DNA of 30,435 nt from Promethearchaeota archaeon (GTDB taxonomy: Archaea; Asgardarchaeota; Lokiarchaeia; Sigyniarchaeales; SOKP01): positions 1 through 30,435 of the forward strand of contig JAEOTS010000189.1 in NCBI GenBank assembly GCA_016839745.1, given 5' to 3'. How positions within the stretch are numbered: the first letter of the stretch is position 1; each line of letters begins with the position of its first letter. The notes under the pieces are model-generated. The model saw only the letters and a list, made by a program, of their open reading frames with translations. It was not told the DNA's origin and did no database searches. A program made the position numbers and the translations under genes. Of the stretch, positions 16,083 to 25,841 are shown piece after piece.

Positions 16083-17093
16083 ATGCCCAATTCAGAATTT
16101 AAATTACCCTCTGACGAATCAGAGCAATTATTAGTGAAGTCTCAAGATACAACAAATATAGATTATGGGTGCGACCCTTATAATAGAGATATAGAAGATC
16201 TCTTAAAGTATGGAATTGTAAACTTAGACAAACCTAGTGGACCAACGAGTCACGAAGTAGTTTCTTGGGCGCGTAAAATATTAGAAATTGATAACGCAGG
16301 ACACGGGGGAACACTAGATCCAAAGGTAACGGGAATATTGCCTTGCGCTCTCGGTAAAGCTACTCGAGTTTTGTCTGCATTATTATATGCAGGTAAAGAA
16401 TATGTTGGGGTTATGTATTTACACGAACCCATGATGTTGAAAAAAATAGAAAAGGCATTTAAAATATTTACGGGCAAGATCTATCAAACTCCTCCTATAA
16501 AATCATCAGTAGTAAGAAAACTAAGAATAAGGGAGATATACTACGCTAGCGTGCTTGAAGTGAATAACAACCACGTGTTGTTTAAGGTTGGATGCGAAGC
16601 AGGAACCTACATTCGAAAATTATGTTTTGATATAGGAGAAGCGTTGTGTTCAGGAGCTCATATGTTGGAACTAAGGAGAACTAGAGTTGGGCATTTTAAA
16701 GAAGATGAAAGCTTAAACAGCCTTCAAAATCTAAAAGATTCTTACTCTCTATACAAAGATGAGGGTGAGGAGTTTTATTTAAGAAAAGTGGTTTCACCTA
16801 TGGAAAAAATTGTTTCCCACTTGCCTAAAATTTATGTGAGAGATACTGCTGTTGATGCGCTATGCCATGGTGCCGATTTAGCTTCTGCGGGAGTTTGTTA
16901 TATTGATGCAAGAATTAAATCAGATCTACAGGTTGTATATATGACTCTTAAAAAAGAATTGATTGGTTTTGGTGTGGCAAAAATGGATGCAATGAAGATT
17001 TACAAAGCAAAGTCGGGTATTGTAGCTAATACTAATAAGGTGTTTATGGAACGAGGAATATATCCCAGGTGGAATGAAATCAAAAACAATTAA
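16083..17093 (+). CDS. cbf5: H/ACA pseudouridine synthase Cbf5 (TruB family)
   Basis: LDKPSGPTSHEV, GHGGTLDPKVTG, CEAGTYIR, LRRTR, PUA domain. Confidence 0.97.
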   Translation: MPNSEFKLPSDESEQLLVKSQDTTNIDYGCDPYNRDIEDLLKYGIVNLDKPSGPTSHEVVSWARKILEIDNAGHGGTLDPKVTGILPCALGKATRVLSALLYAGKEYVGVMYLHEPMMLKKIEKAFKIFTGKIYQTPPIKSSVVRKLRIREIYYASVLEVNNNHVLFKVGCEAGTYIRKLCFDIGEALCSGAHMLELRRTRVGHFKEDESLNSLQNLKDSYSLYKDEGEEFYLRKVVSPMEKIVSHLPKIYVRDTAVDALCHGADLASAGVCYIDARIKSDLQVVYMTLKKELIGFGVAKMDAMKIYKAKSGIVANTNKVFMERGIYPRWNEIKNN

Positions 17094-17110
17094 GAAGAAG
17101 CTCAGCAAAT

Positions 17111-17749
17111 ATGGATAAAAAGACCCAACATTATTCAACTCAATTTCCTGATGTCAGAGTTAAAGTATATTCCGTTTCTGAAAGTCTGAAACGTCACTTA
17201 TATCTCTTTAAAACGGTTACAGGAGTATTCTCGTTCAAACAACTGGATTTAGGAACTAAAGTTTTTATAGAACACATGAAAATTCCAGAAAAACAGGGTG
17301 TTTTACTTGATCTGGGATGTGGATATGGTGCGATTGGGATTGTATTAGCACATTTGGCATCTCAGAGTACCGTGTATTTAACCGATATTAATAAAAGAGC
17401 GCTTTGGTGCGCAAGAGAAAATATAAAATATAATTTAACAGAGAGATCAGGTAAAGTAATAGTTTTACCAGGAAGTTATTTTGAACCTTTTAAGAATAAG
17501 AACGTCAAATTTGATGGGATATATATGAATCCCCCCTTGCGTAATGGTAGGCGAGAATTTCTCACTTTGTGTGAGGACATACCTCGATATTTAAAATCCA
17601 AGGGGCTATTTCAATTCGTCATAAAAAAGAAAATGGGAGCAGAATATGTACATAACTATTTGAACAAACATCATTCAGAATTGTTTGAAATAATTGAGGT
17701 GATTTTTAAGAGATCGGGATACTGGATTTTCTGTTTGATGTCATTCTAA
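17111..17749 (+). CDS. Class I SAM-dependent methyltransferase (RsmC-like)
   Basis: GVFS, LLDLGCGYGAIG, DIN, MNPP, C-terminal GYW. Confidence 0.88.
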   Translation: MDKKTQHYSTQFPDVRVKVYSVSESLKRHLYLFKTVTGVFSFKQLDLGTKVFIEHMKIPEKQGVLLDLGCGYGAIGIVLAHLASQSTVYLTDINKRALWCARENIKYNLTERSGKVIVLPGSYFEPFKNKNVKFDGIYMNPPLRNGRREFLTLCEDIPRYLKSKGLFQFVIKKKMGAEYVHNYLNKHHSELFEIIEVIFKRSGYWIFCLMSF

Positions 17750-17891
17750 CTATTTTGCAGTGAAATCGAATTTATAAGCAATTTTCTATTTTCCAACTAG
17801 AAAAACCAAAGAGATTTTAAATTAAAAAGGAAAAATTTTTTAGAAATCGAATATTTTTTGAAATAATTAGCGAGGAAAGAGGCTTTTTTTT

Positions 17892-18149
17892 TTGACTAAG
17901 AAAAGGAAAATAGATGTTTTACTTCATGAACTAGTCCCTAAACATTACCTTCTAACAAAAGAAGAATCACTAAATTTGTTAGAGAAATATCAGATAAATA
18001 TTTCCGATTTACCTCAAATGTCTGAAAAGGACCCAGTTTCAATAGCAATTGGCGCAAAAGAGGGAGATATTGTAAAAATTGTTCGGGAATCCCATACGAC
18101 TGTGAAGAATATAAACTATTATCGTTACGTTAAAAAAGAAAAAGTATAG
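17892..18149 (+). CDS. rpoH: RNA polymerase subunit H (Rpo5)
   Basis: HELVPKH, LP..DPV, GDIVKIVRES, YRYV; TTG start. Confidence 0.96.
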   Translation: MTKKRKIDVLLHELVPKHYLLTKEESLNLLEKYQINISDLPQMSEKDPVSIAIGAKEGDIVKIVRESHTTVKNINYYRYVKKEKV

Positions 18150-18194
18150 TAAATCTCTTTTATTAAAACTAATAAACCAATAGGTTAATTAAAA

Positions 18195-21100
18195 TTGAGC
18201 TCTGAAAAATTATCTAATAGCGATAAATGGATTGTGCTAAAAAGCTTATTTGATGAAAAAGGTTTAGTACGCCAACATCTCGATTCTTATAATAATTTTA
18301 TAGAAGAGGAGATGCAAAGTATAGTTGATGAGTCGGGTGAAGTAATACCTGATATTCCCGGTTTTAAAATTACTTTCGGTAAAATTAAAGTTGGGGTTCC
18401 AAAAGTGAGAGAAGCAGATGGTGCTACAATGGAAATTACTCCCATTGAAGCTAGGATACGGGAATTAAGTTATGCTGCGGATATTACTTTAGAAATGACA
18501 CCTATAACTATTGATGAACGAACTCAAAGGGAAGAAGCAGAAGAAACGCTCGACATTTATATTGGTAAAATACCAATCATGTTAAAAAGTTGTCGTTGCC
18601 CTTTGGAAGGTTTATCCGAACAAGAATTAATTAATAGAGGAGAAGACCCGCTTGATCCTGGCGGATATTTTATAATCAATGGAACAGAACGGGTACTAGT
18701 AACACAAGAGGATTTAGCTCCTAATAGAATTCTAGCAGAAGAAGCTAGCCGAAGTTCCAGTGCTACACACCAAGCAAAGGTATTTTCCACAAGAAGTGGT
18801 TTTCGAGCACCAGTTACAATAGAGAGAAAGAAAGATGGAAACCTAAGAGTATCTTTTCCTTCTGTTCCTGGCAAAATTCCGTTGGCAATCTTAATGCGTG
18901 CCTTAGGATTACACTCGGATAGAGAAATCTTTGAAGCCATCTCCGAAAATGATGATATCCAAAAAGAGTTAATCCCTGTCATTGATGTTGCTTCTGAAAT
19001 CCAGGTTTTAAAAGATCCGGAGAAATCTCAACAAAACTCTTTAGACTATATAGGAAAGAGGGTGGCAATAGGACAAACAAAAGATTATCGTATTAGAAGA
19101 GCACTTCAAGTCTTAGATCGATACCTATTACCTCACGTTGGAAATTCGGAGGAGGACCGTATTAAAAAAGCTTATTATTTAGGGCAGATGGCTCAGAAGG
19201 TTATGGAACTTGCTTTAATATTTCGTGAGCCCGATGATAAAGATCATTACGCTAACAAAAGATTGAAATTAGCTGGTGAATTATTTACATCCCTTTTTAG
19301 AGTTGCCTTTTTAAATCTTGTAAAAGACATAAAATACCAACTAGAACGTACTGCCGTTCGAGGAAGAGCTCCTAATATTAAAACTGCTGTGAGAGCAGAC
19401 GTAATAACTGAAAGAATAAGACACGCTTTAGCAACTGGTAATTGGGTTGGTGGTAAAGCAGGCGTCAGTCAATTATTAAATCGAACAAATCATGTAGGAA
19501 CATTGAGCCATTTAAGGAGAGTTATATCTCCATTAAGTAGAAGTCAACCTCATTTTGAGGCAAGAGATTTGCATCCTACTCAGTGGGGTAAGATATGTCC
19601 CGCAGAAACTCCAGAAGGACCAAATTGTGGGTTAGTTAAAAATTTAGGACTAGCCTCTATTATCTCTGTAGGTACAGACGAGAGAGTTATCGAGAACATT
19701 TTAATCGATCTAGGAGTAATCCCTATTAACGAAGTGAAAAATGTAAAGGGGGAAAAAGTAAATATCTTTCTTAACGGTAAATTAGTTGGTATTCATCAAA
19801 AATACAATCCCTTCACGAATCAGCTTCGAGAGAAGAGGCGTAGAGGTGAAATTGGTCAACACGTTAATGTTGGTTATTATCACGATTCAAGAGAAATTCA
19901 AATAAATTGCGATGCTGGAAGAGCAACTAGACCTCTATTTATAATCAAAAACAAGCAATTACTTATCACAAACGAAGATATAGAAAAACTAAAGCATGGC
20001 AAGTATACATGGTCCGATTTAATTCAAAAAGGTGTTATAGAATATCTAGATGCTGAAGAAGAAGAAAACGCGTTTATTGCGATGTTTGAAGAAGATATTA
20101 CAGCTGAACACACCCATTTAGAAATTTCCCCAGCAGCTATTCTAGGCATTTGTGCTTCCATTATTCCATTTCCTGAGCATAATCAATCTCCACGAAATAC
20201 CTATGAAGCAGGAATGGTTAAGCAAGCGCTAGGATTGTTTGCTGCAAACATGCATTTAAGACTCGATACACGCGGTCATACTCTTCATTATCCTCAACAG
20301 CCTTTAGTAAAAACAAGCCCAATGGAAATAATTGGGATTAATCGCCGTCCAGCAGGTCAAAATTTCGTGGTCGGAATGATGAGCTTTGAAGGATATAATA
20401 TTGAGGATGCGATTATTATAAACAAAGCCTCAATAGAGCGCGGGTTAGCTCGTAGTCACTTCTTTAGAACTTACGATGCTGAAGAGAGGAAATACCCTGG
20501 AGGAGAATTAGATAAATTCGAGATTCCAGAGAGAGGAGTTAGAGGATTCAAATCTGCTGAATCTTATAGACTGTTATCTGAAGAAGATGGAATTATCGAA
20601 CCAGAAACAGCTGTTAACGGTGGTGATGTTCTTATAGGTCGAACATCTCCCCCACGATTTATTAAATCTTACGAAGAATTTGAGTTGATGCAACCAAATA
20701 GAAGGGAAACTTCGAAAAACATGCGTCACAATGAAAAAGGGATAGTAGACACAGTAATCATCTCTGAAACTGTCGATGGAAATAAATTAGTTAAGATTAA
20801 AGTTAGAGATTTACGAATTCCAGAGTTGGGAGATAAATTTTCTTCTCGACATGGTCAGAAGGGAGTACTTGGACTTGTTCAACCCGCAGAAGATATGCCT
20901 TTCACGTCAAATGGTGTAATTCCAGATATTATTGTAAATCCTCACGCCATGCCATCAAGAATGACTTTAGGACAATTATTTGAGGGTATTAGCGGTAAAA
21001 TCGCATGTGTAACTGGAAAATTAGGTGATGCAACAGCATTCGAGTGGAAAAATATCACGAAACTTCAAGAGCAATTAGTAGAAGCTGGTTTTGAATTTAA

Positions 21101-21566
21101 TGGCAGAGAAGTGATGTATAACGGTATTACTGGGATGAAATACGAAGCCGGGATTTATTGCGCTCCGATTTATTATCAGAAATTATATCATCTCGTTGCA
21201 GATAAACTTCACGCACGGGCGAGAGGACCGGTTCAAATCTTAACGAGACAACCAACAGAAGGTAGAGCAAGAGAAGGGGGATTACGGTTTGGTGAGATGG
21301 AAAGAGATTGTTTAGTTGGTCATGGATCGGCTCTATTATTAAAGGAGAGATTACTTGACGAATCTGATCGAACAGTAATACTAGTATGTGAGAAATGTGG
21401 GCTTTTAGCAGTATATGATCGAAACAGAGATAAGAGATATTGCCCAGTATGTGGAGAAGGAACTGTGATATCTAAAGTAGTATGTTCTTACGCCTTTAAA
21501 CTTTTACTTCAAGAAATGATGTCTCTTGGATTAGCTCCTAGACTTAAATTAAAAGAGAAAATATGA
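18195..21566 (+). CDS. rpoB: RNA polymerase subunit B (Rpo2), unsplit
   Basis: DPGGYFIINGTE, CPAETPEGPNCGL, GDKFSSRHGQKG, RFGEMERD, C-terminal Zn finger; TTG start. Confidence 0.99.
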   Translation: MSSEKLSNSDKWIVLKSLFDEKGLVRQHLDSYNNFIEEEMQSIVDESGEVIPDIPGFKITFGKIKVGVPKVREADGATMEITPIEARIRELSYAADITLEMTPITIDERTQREEAEETLDIYIGKIPIMLKSCRCPLEGLSEQELINRGEDPLDPGGYFIINGTERVLVTQEDLAPNRILAEEASRSSSATHQAKVFSTRSGFRAPVTIERKKDGNLRVSFPSVPGKIPLAILMRALGLHSDREIFEAISENDDIQKELIPVIDVASEIQVLKDPEKSQQNSLDYIGKRVAIGQTKDYRIRRALQVLDRYLLPHVGNSEEDRIKKAYYLGQMAQKVMELALIFREPDDKDHYANKRLKLAGELFTSLFRVAFLNLVKDIKYQLERTAVRGRAPNIKTAVRADVITERIRHALATGNWVGGKAGVSQLLNRTNHVGTLSHLRRVISPLSRSQPHFEARDLHPTQWGKICPAETPEGPNCGLVKNLGLASIISVGTDERVIENILIDLGVIPINEVKNVKGEKVNIFLNGKLVGIHQKYNPFTNQLREKRRRGEIGQHVNVGYYHDSREIQINCDAGRATRPLFIIKNKQLLITNEDIEKLKHGKYTWSDLIQKGVIEYLDAEEEENAFIAMFEEDITAEHTHLEISPAAILGICASIIPFPEHNQSPRNTYEAGMVKQALGLFAANMHLRLDTRGHTLHYPQQPLVKTSPMEIIGINRRPAGQNFVVGMMSFEGYNIEDAIIINKASIERGLARSHFFRTYDAEERKYPGGELDKFEIPERGVRGFKSAESYRLLSEEDGIIEPETAVNGGDVLIGRTSPPRFIKSYEEFELMQPNRRETSKNMRHNEKGIVDTVIISETVDGNKLVKIKVRDLRIPELGDKFSSRHGQKGVLGLVQPAEDMPFTSNGVIPDIIVNPHAMPSRMTLGQLFEGISGKIACVTGKLGDATAFEWKNITKLQEQLVEAGFEFNGREVMYNGITGMKYEAGIYCAPIYYQKLYHLVADKLHARARGPVQILTRQPTEGRAREGGLRFGEMERDCLVGHGSALLLKERLLDESDRTVILVCEKCGLLAVYDRNRDKRYCPVCGEGTVISKVVCSYAFKLLLQEMMSLGLAPRLKLKEKI

Positions 21567-21592
21567 GTTCTTTTTTTTATAATTTTATTTTT
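21567..21592 (+). terminator. Probable oligo-T terminator after rpoB
   Basis: T-rich tract gttcttttttttataattttattttt directly after the stop codon. Confidence 0.4.
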
Positions 21593-21648
21593 GAATAACT
21601 GTAAGATAGCTATAATAAAAAGAAAAAAAATTTTAGTTTAACTTTGGA

Positions 21649-22086
21649 TCAACCAAATTGAACAAAGTTATACAATTCTGGAATTAGAGAATATATAATG
21701 TACAAGATAAATAGCGTCAAAAGCGAAACCCATAGTGCGTGTTCCCATGAAATACCTATTAAAAATTTAGTAAAAGCTAATAGCAAAAGAAAGAATATAA
21801 TTGGTGCAAAATTTCCTAGAAAGTTCTGACCTCCACCATCAATGGCTGATCTTAAAGATGCCAACGCATTACCTAATAAATTCAGAACCAGCATGATAGC
21901 ATTTACGATTATGGGAAGGACTAAAACCGATATAAAAGCCGTGATAAGGATTAAAACCCATTTGTCTGAAGCTTTAGTTTTAGAAACAACTAAACGAACG
22001 GCTATGTACATAATTAAAAATACTATTACTGTCGCTAAGATTAACCACAAGATGAAAAATAGAGTACTTTCAAATTGAAATAACAT
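21649..22086 (-). CDS. Hypothetical membrane protein (~4 TM)
   Basis: Four hydrophobic stretches; GGAGAAG upstream. Confidence 0.75.
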   Translation of the reverse strand: MLFQFESTLFFILWLILATVIVFLIMYIAVRLVVSKTKASDKWVLILITAFISVLVLPIIVNAIMLVLNLLGNALASLRSAIDGGGQNFLGNFAPIIFFLLLLAFTKFLIGISWEHALWVSLLTLFILYIIYSLIPELYNFVQFG

Positions 22087-22273
22087 TTTTCTTCTCCTTC
22101 TTACTGATTTTAATTTTTATTTAAATTTTAAATTAAGAGAAAAATAGTCTCCTTCTTTTATAAATATTTTTTATATTTTTTAATGATTTTTAAGAGATAG
22201 AATTTAATTCGTGAAGATATTTAGAACTGTATCATATTAGGAGCAATTTTGAGTACAAATATAACTATCAGAT

Positions 22274-22504
22274 TTATATTCCAAAGGTAATAAGGAAGAA
22301 ATGGAACGCAAACGCTAATAAGATTGCCGAAATGCTAATTGATAGAATTGAGAGTTTAATTGATATTTCTCTTCCATATCTTGTATAGACAATTAAGATT
22401 GTTAAAGAAAAGAATCCAATGAAGAGAAAAACCCACGCTAAGACCCAGATAGGTATTGAAGGAACTTGAAACTCATCAATTTGTAAGTTTAAAAATAACA
22501 TCAA
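22274..22504 (-). CDS. Small 2-TM protein, OST5/TMEM258-like
   Basis: 76 aa, two TM helices; LFIGFF...VYTRYGREI...FHFFLITFGI parallels the TMEM258 pattern as I recall it. Confidence 0.55.
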   Translation of the reverse strand: MMLFLNLQIDEFQVPSIPIWVLAWVFLFIGFFSLTILIVYTRYGREISIKLSILSISISAILLAFAFHFFLITFGI

Positions 22505-22617
22505 AAATCGTTACTTGTTTTTATGGTTTAAGTTATATCTTATCTTTTATTTTTTTTTAACTTTATTAATCTGATTTCATAAGTGTCGCCATGAGAAAAA
22601 ATTGTAAGTAATTTTTA

Positions 22618-23502
22618 TTAAATTTTAGAAGAATTATAGATTTTTTTTGCAGTTTTTATGTACCTTGTGAGATATGGTAAACCATTGAACTTTTTCTCAA
22701 GGTAATTTACCAATTCTTGAAATTCTAATTTTCTATGAAGAGCTCCGTTTCTAAGCAAAGAAAAAATAAATAGGATAAAATTTTTTCTTAAAATTTTAAA
22801 ATCCGTAGAAAATTTATCAGTTCTCCTAAAAATCTTAGATTCTTCCATAAAATGTAGCATATTTTTTTTTATTTTGTCTTCTATTTGTAAATTCTTTATA
22901 TGTATTGATATATTAAGAACAGAGGTTAAATAGTAGCTTTTATCGAAATATTTACATAAATAGAATCCGAATTTGAACACAGCCTTAGTAAATTCTCTCT
23001 TGGAAACTAAAGTCTTTCCAGAAGATTTACTTTCTTTTAGGCTTTTATCTAGATGATAAAGACATCTCACAAAAATATCATCAAAATCATATTTAAGAGC
23101 AGAAATCTTAGGAAGTTGATTTCTTATATCTTTACCATATAAGAGTTGAGAGTTCCCTTGACATTTCAAGTCCAAGAGGCTCCACTCGTAATTAGCAAAT
23201 GACTCTTTGGCAAATACTTCTTTTTCTTTTAATCCTTGTAATGTATTGTATCCCAACCAAACATTAAAATTTTCGATATTTTTAGTTTCGTATCGAACTT
23301 GTGTCCATTCGAGTTTAGGGATTTTATCGAAGGAGTTTACTATGACAATTACATCAATATCAGTGTTTTTCCAATCAGAGGGTAGTGTTTTATCAAAATA
23401 ACTCCCTATACCGTACACGCTGATGATATTATCTCTAAAACTATCCTCTAAATAGTTGATAATGTTTGAAATTATACTATCTTTTGTTTTAATTTTATTC
23501 AC
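22618..23502 (-). CDS. Pol-beta superfamily nucleotidyltransferase with helical C-terminal domain
   Basis: VYGIGSYF...TDIDVIVIV (GS..DxD), LLYGKDI. Confidence 0.78.
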   Translation of the reverse strand: MNKIKTKDSIISNIINYLEDSFRDNIISVYGIGSYFDKTLPSDWKNTDIDVIVIVNSFDKIPKLEWTQVRYETKNIENFNVWLGYNTLQGLKEKEVFAKESFANYEWSLLDLKCQGNSQLLYGKDIRNQLPKISALKYDFDDIFVRCLYHLDKSLKESKSSGKTLVSKREFTKAVFKFGFYLCKYFDKSYYLTSVLNISIHIKNLQIEDKIKKNMLHFMEESKIFRRTDKFSTDFKILRKNFILFIFSLLRNGALHRKLEFQELVNYLEKKFNGLPYLTRYIKTAKKIYNSSKI

Positions 23503-23596
23503 TACTTATTGCTTAAATTAAAATTTAAAGTTATGTTCTATTTATAATATCATTATTTAGATATTTATTATTAAAGAAATAATTTAACGAGTTAAA

Positions 23597-24379
23597 ATGC
23601 ATTTTTTAAGCAAGTTAATCGAAACGCCAAATTTAGATGATCCAGCAAAAAAACACATGGCCATTCATAGACATTTCTATAGATATTCTAAAGGAGATTT
23701 TATTGGTCCTGCCCTAAAAATCTCTAAAACAAGTGGAAAAATAACCCTTAAAGGAGCTCATGAGTATGAAGATTTAATCTTAGAGCTTGTTGTGAGATCA
23801 CTATCAAATTCCCAACCTGATTTTGAGATTAAAGGGAAGTTGATTACAGGAAGCGATTTACAAGAGACAATATCAAATCTAGGCTTAAACTGGGTTTTGA
23901 AAAGATCCACAGGCCAAACGAAAAATTACAAAGCTGATATTATTGACCAAGTCAATAAGAGCTTGTTATTACAAGCAATAAATAAATTTAGAGAAAATAG
24001 CTACTTACTACTATCTTTTGTTATTAATCCAAATTGCAAAGTTACAACAAAAAAAAACATACCCCAACCATCCAAAAAAAAAGTTGAAGACGACGAAGTG
24101 GGTAAAAGAATTCAATTTTGTACCGGTGTACTAAGTAATACAGATGCGAATCTTAAGATGGTGTTAGATTTAGCTGTTCCTGATTTTACATCTGAGATCC
24201 CAAAAAATTGGAAATCCCTTACTATATTTAATAATTACAAAATTAAAGAGATGGAGATTCCTACGAATATCAAGGACTCTCGCTTATTAAGAATCATGGC
24301 TATACGAAAAGGAACAATGTTTCGATCAATTGATATTAACGGTGAATTAATAGAAAAGCAATACTCAATTATAGTTTAA
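23597..24379 (+). CDS. Hypothetical protein upstream of tfe
   Basis: 260-aa ORF with ATG start; no motif recognised. Confidence 0.75.
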   Translation: MHFLSKLIETPNLDDPAKKHMAIHRHFYRYSKGDFIGPALKISKTSGKITLKGAHEYEDLILELVVRSLSNSQPDFEIKGKLITGSDLQETISNLGLNWVLKRSTGQTKNYKADIIDQVNKSLLLQAINKFRENSYLLLSFVINPNCKVTTKKNIPQPSKKKVEDDEVGKRIQFCTGVLSNTDANLKMVLDLAVPDFTSEIPKNWKSLTIFNNYKIKEMEIPTNIKDSRLLRIMAIRKGTMFRSIDINGELIEKQYSIIV

Positions 24380-24464
24380 AATTCAGCAAACCAAATTCTA
24401 ATATTTTGAAATTCAAAAAATTTAATTTTAATGAACATTTTACTAGTCCAACGAATAGAAAAGA

Positions 24465-25067
24465 TTGAGAAGATCAAGGATTATGAAGGAATTAAACCCT
24501 CTGTTAAGATCTTTTTTGTATATAATAGGTGGCGATATAGCTATAGAAGTCGGAATTGAATTATTAAATTCAGAAGAAGAAGATATAACTGATGAGGGTA
24601 TTACTGAAAATATTAAAGCTCGCCTTAAAGGCGAAAATCCCGATATGAGTTTTGAAGATAACACTGAAGAATTTTTAAAATTAAATACTGTACGAAAGAC
24701 ATTATATAAATTATATAGTGGAAAATTAGCTCAATTTAGAAGAATTCGTGATAAATCTACAGGCTGGTTTATATATTATTGGTGGCATGAATTTGACTTG
24801 TTTGAAGAAATATTAATGGAAAAAAGGAGATTAATGGAGAGTAAGTTAAGAGATAGGTTAAAATTCGAAGAAAATAACTATTTCTTTGTTTGTAAAGATT
24901 GTCAAGATTCAAATAACAAATTCAATTTTGATAGAGCGTTTGAATTGAATTTCAGATGCCCGGATTGCGGGGGTCAATTAGAAGCTCAAGACAATAAGGA
25001 TTTAATTCATTTCCTAAAAAAGAAAATAGTACTTATTGAAAATCTGGATTTATCTATTAGTTCTTAA
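24465..25067 (+). CDS. tfe: Transcription factor E alpha (TFE)
   Basis: TDE, LNTVRKTLYKL, GWFIYYW, CKDC...FRCPDCG; ATG at 24483 is a likely start. Confidence 0.95.
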   Translation: MRRSRIMKELNPLLRSFLYIIGGDIAIEVGIELLNSEEEDITDEGITENIKARLKGENPDMSFEDNTEEFLKLNTVRKTLYKLYSGKLAQFRRIRDKSTGWFIYYWWHEFDLFEEILMEKRRLMESKLRDRLKFEENNYFFVCKDCQDSNNKFNFDRAFELNFRCPDCGGQLEAQDNKDLIHFLKKKIVLIENLDLSISS

Positions 25068-25600
25068 TTCTTTTTCTTTTTAACATAGGCAATATCACCT
25101 AAAGAAGATCCGCTAGATTTCTTCATATACTGGCTTTGCTTAGCGGAAGGCTCAATTTCATCTACTTGTTTAAGAAGTTTAATTTTATAGACTTCTTCTA
25201 TTTTCTTCGCTAACTTTATTGTAGGTTCAACTTTCCCAGCTTCAATTCTTCTTAATAAAGAAGGTTTTTCGTTTAGTTTTTGAGCAAACTGATCTTGATT
25301 AAGTCCACGAGCATTACGAGCGTTTCTTATTCTCACGACATAATCGCTAACAATTTCTACGCTCTCTTCGATTCCTCTCGGACGTACTACTTTTTTCACG
25401 GAAAATTTAGGTTTAGGATATAATTCTTTGGATTTAACGGTTATTTTAGGCTTTGATTTGATTCTAACACCAAATTGGGCACAACTTTGACACACAGTGA
25501 TTTTTGCCCCCTCAATTAATACTTTTTCTCCTCTACCCCATATTTTTCCACCACATATGGGACATTCCTTCTCATATTCGTTCTCGATTTTTTTCGACAT
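25064..25600 (-). CDS. mbf1: Archaeal multiprotein bridging factor 1
   Basis: CPICG...VCQSC Zn ribbon, HTH (IRNARNARGLNQ..IEAG), SLGD. Confidence 0.93.
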   Translation of the reverse strand: MSKKIENEYEKECPICGGKIWGRGEKVLIEGAKITVCQSCAQFGVRIKSKPKITVKSKELYPKPKFSVKKVVRPRGIEESVEIVSDYVVRIRNARNARGLNQDQFAQKLNEKPSLLRRIEAGKVEPTIKLAKKIEEVYKIKLLKQVDEIEPSAKQSQYMKKSSGSSLGDIAYVKKKKN

Positions 25601-25841
25601 AAAATAACTTAATACTCATTAAATTCCAAGGAAAGGATTATATATAAGATCGGGATAAAGAACTCTTATAATTTTTGGTTTATAACCAAAACTCGTTATA
25701 AAATATAATCCAAAAATTTTTTAAAACTCAACTTCTTTCTGATAATAGCGTATTACCTTAAGTTTAAATGATTATATTGTTATTATTAAATTAATTTATT
25801 ATCTTAAAATTGAAATAAGTAAAAGATGGGGAATTTAATAT

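Noticed and set aside
17111-17749. Methyltransferase as restriction-modification partner of the nuclease
   Set aside because: It looks like a housekeeping RsmC-like enzyme in the cbf5-rpoH cluster and lies outside the repeats.
17789-17802. ORB-like sequence upstream of rpoH (reverse TTCTAGTTGGAAA)
   Set aside because: Wrong spacing, single copy, and far from cdc6.
8557-21566. Inteins in DP2 or RpoB (also checked in RtcB and Cdc6)
   Set aside because: Lengths are normal and no intein or LAGLIDADG blocks were seen.
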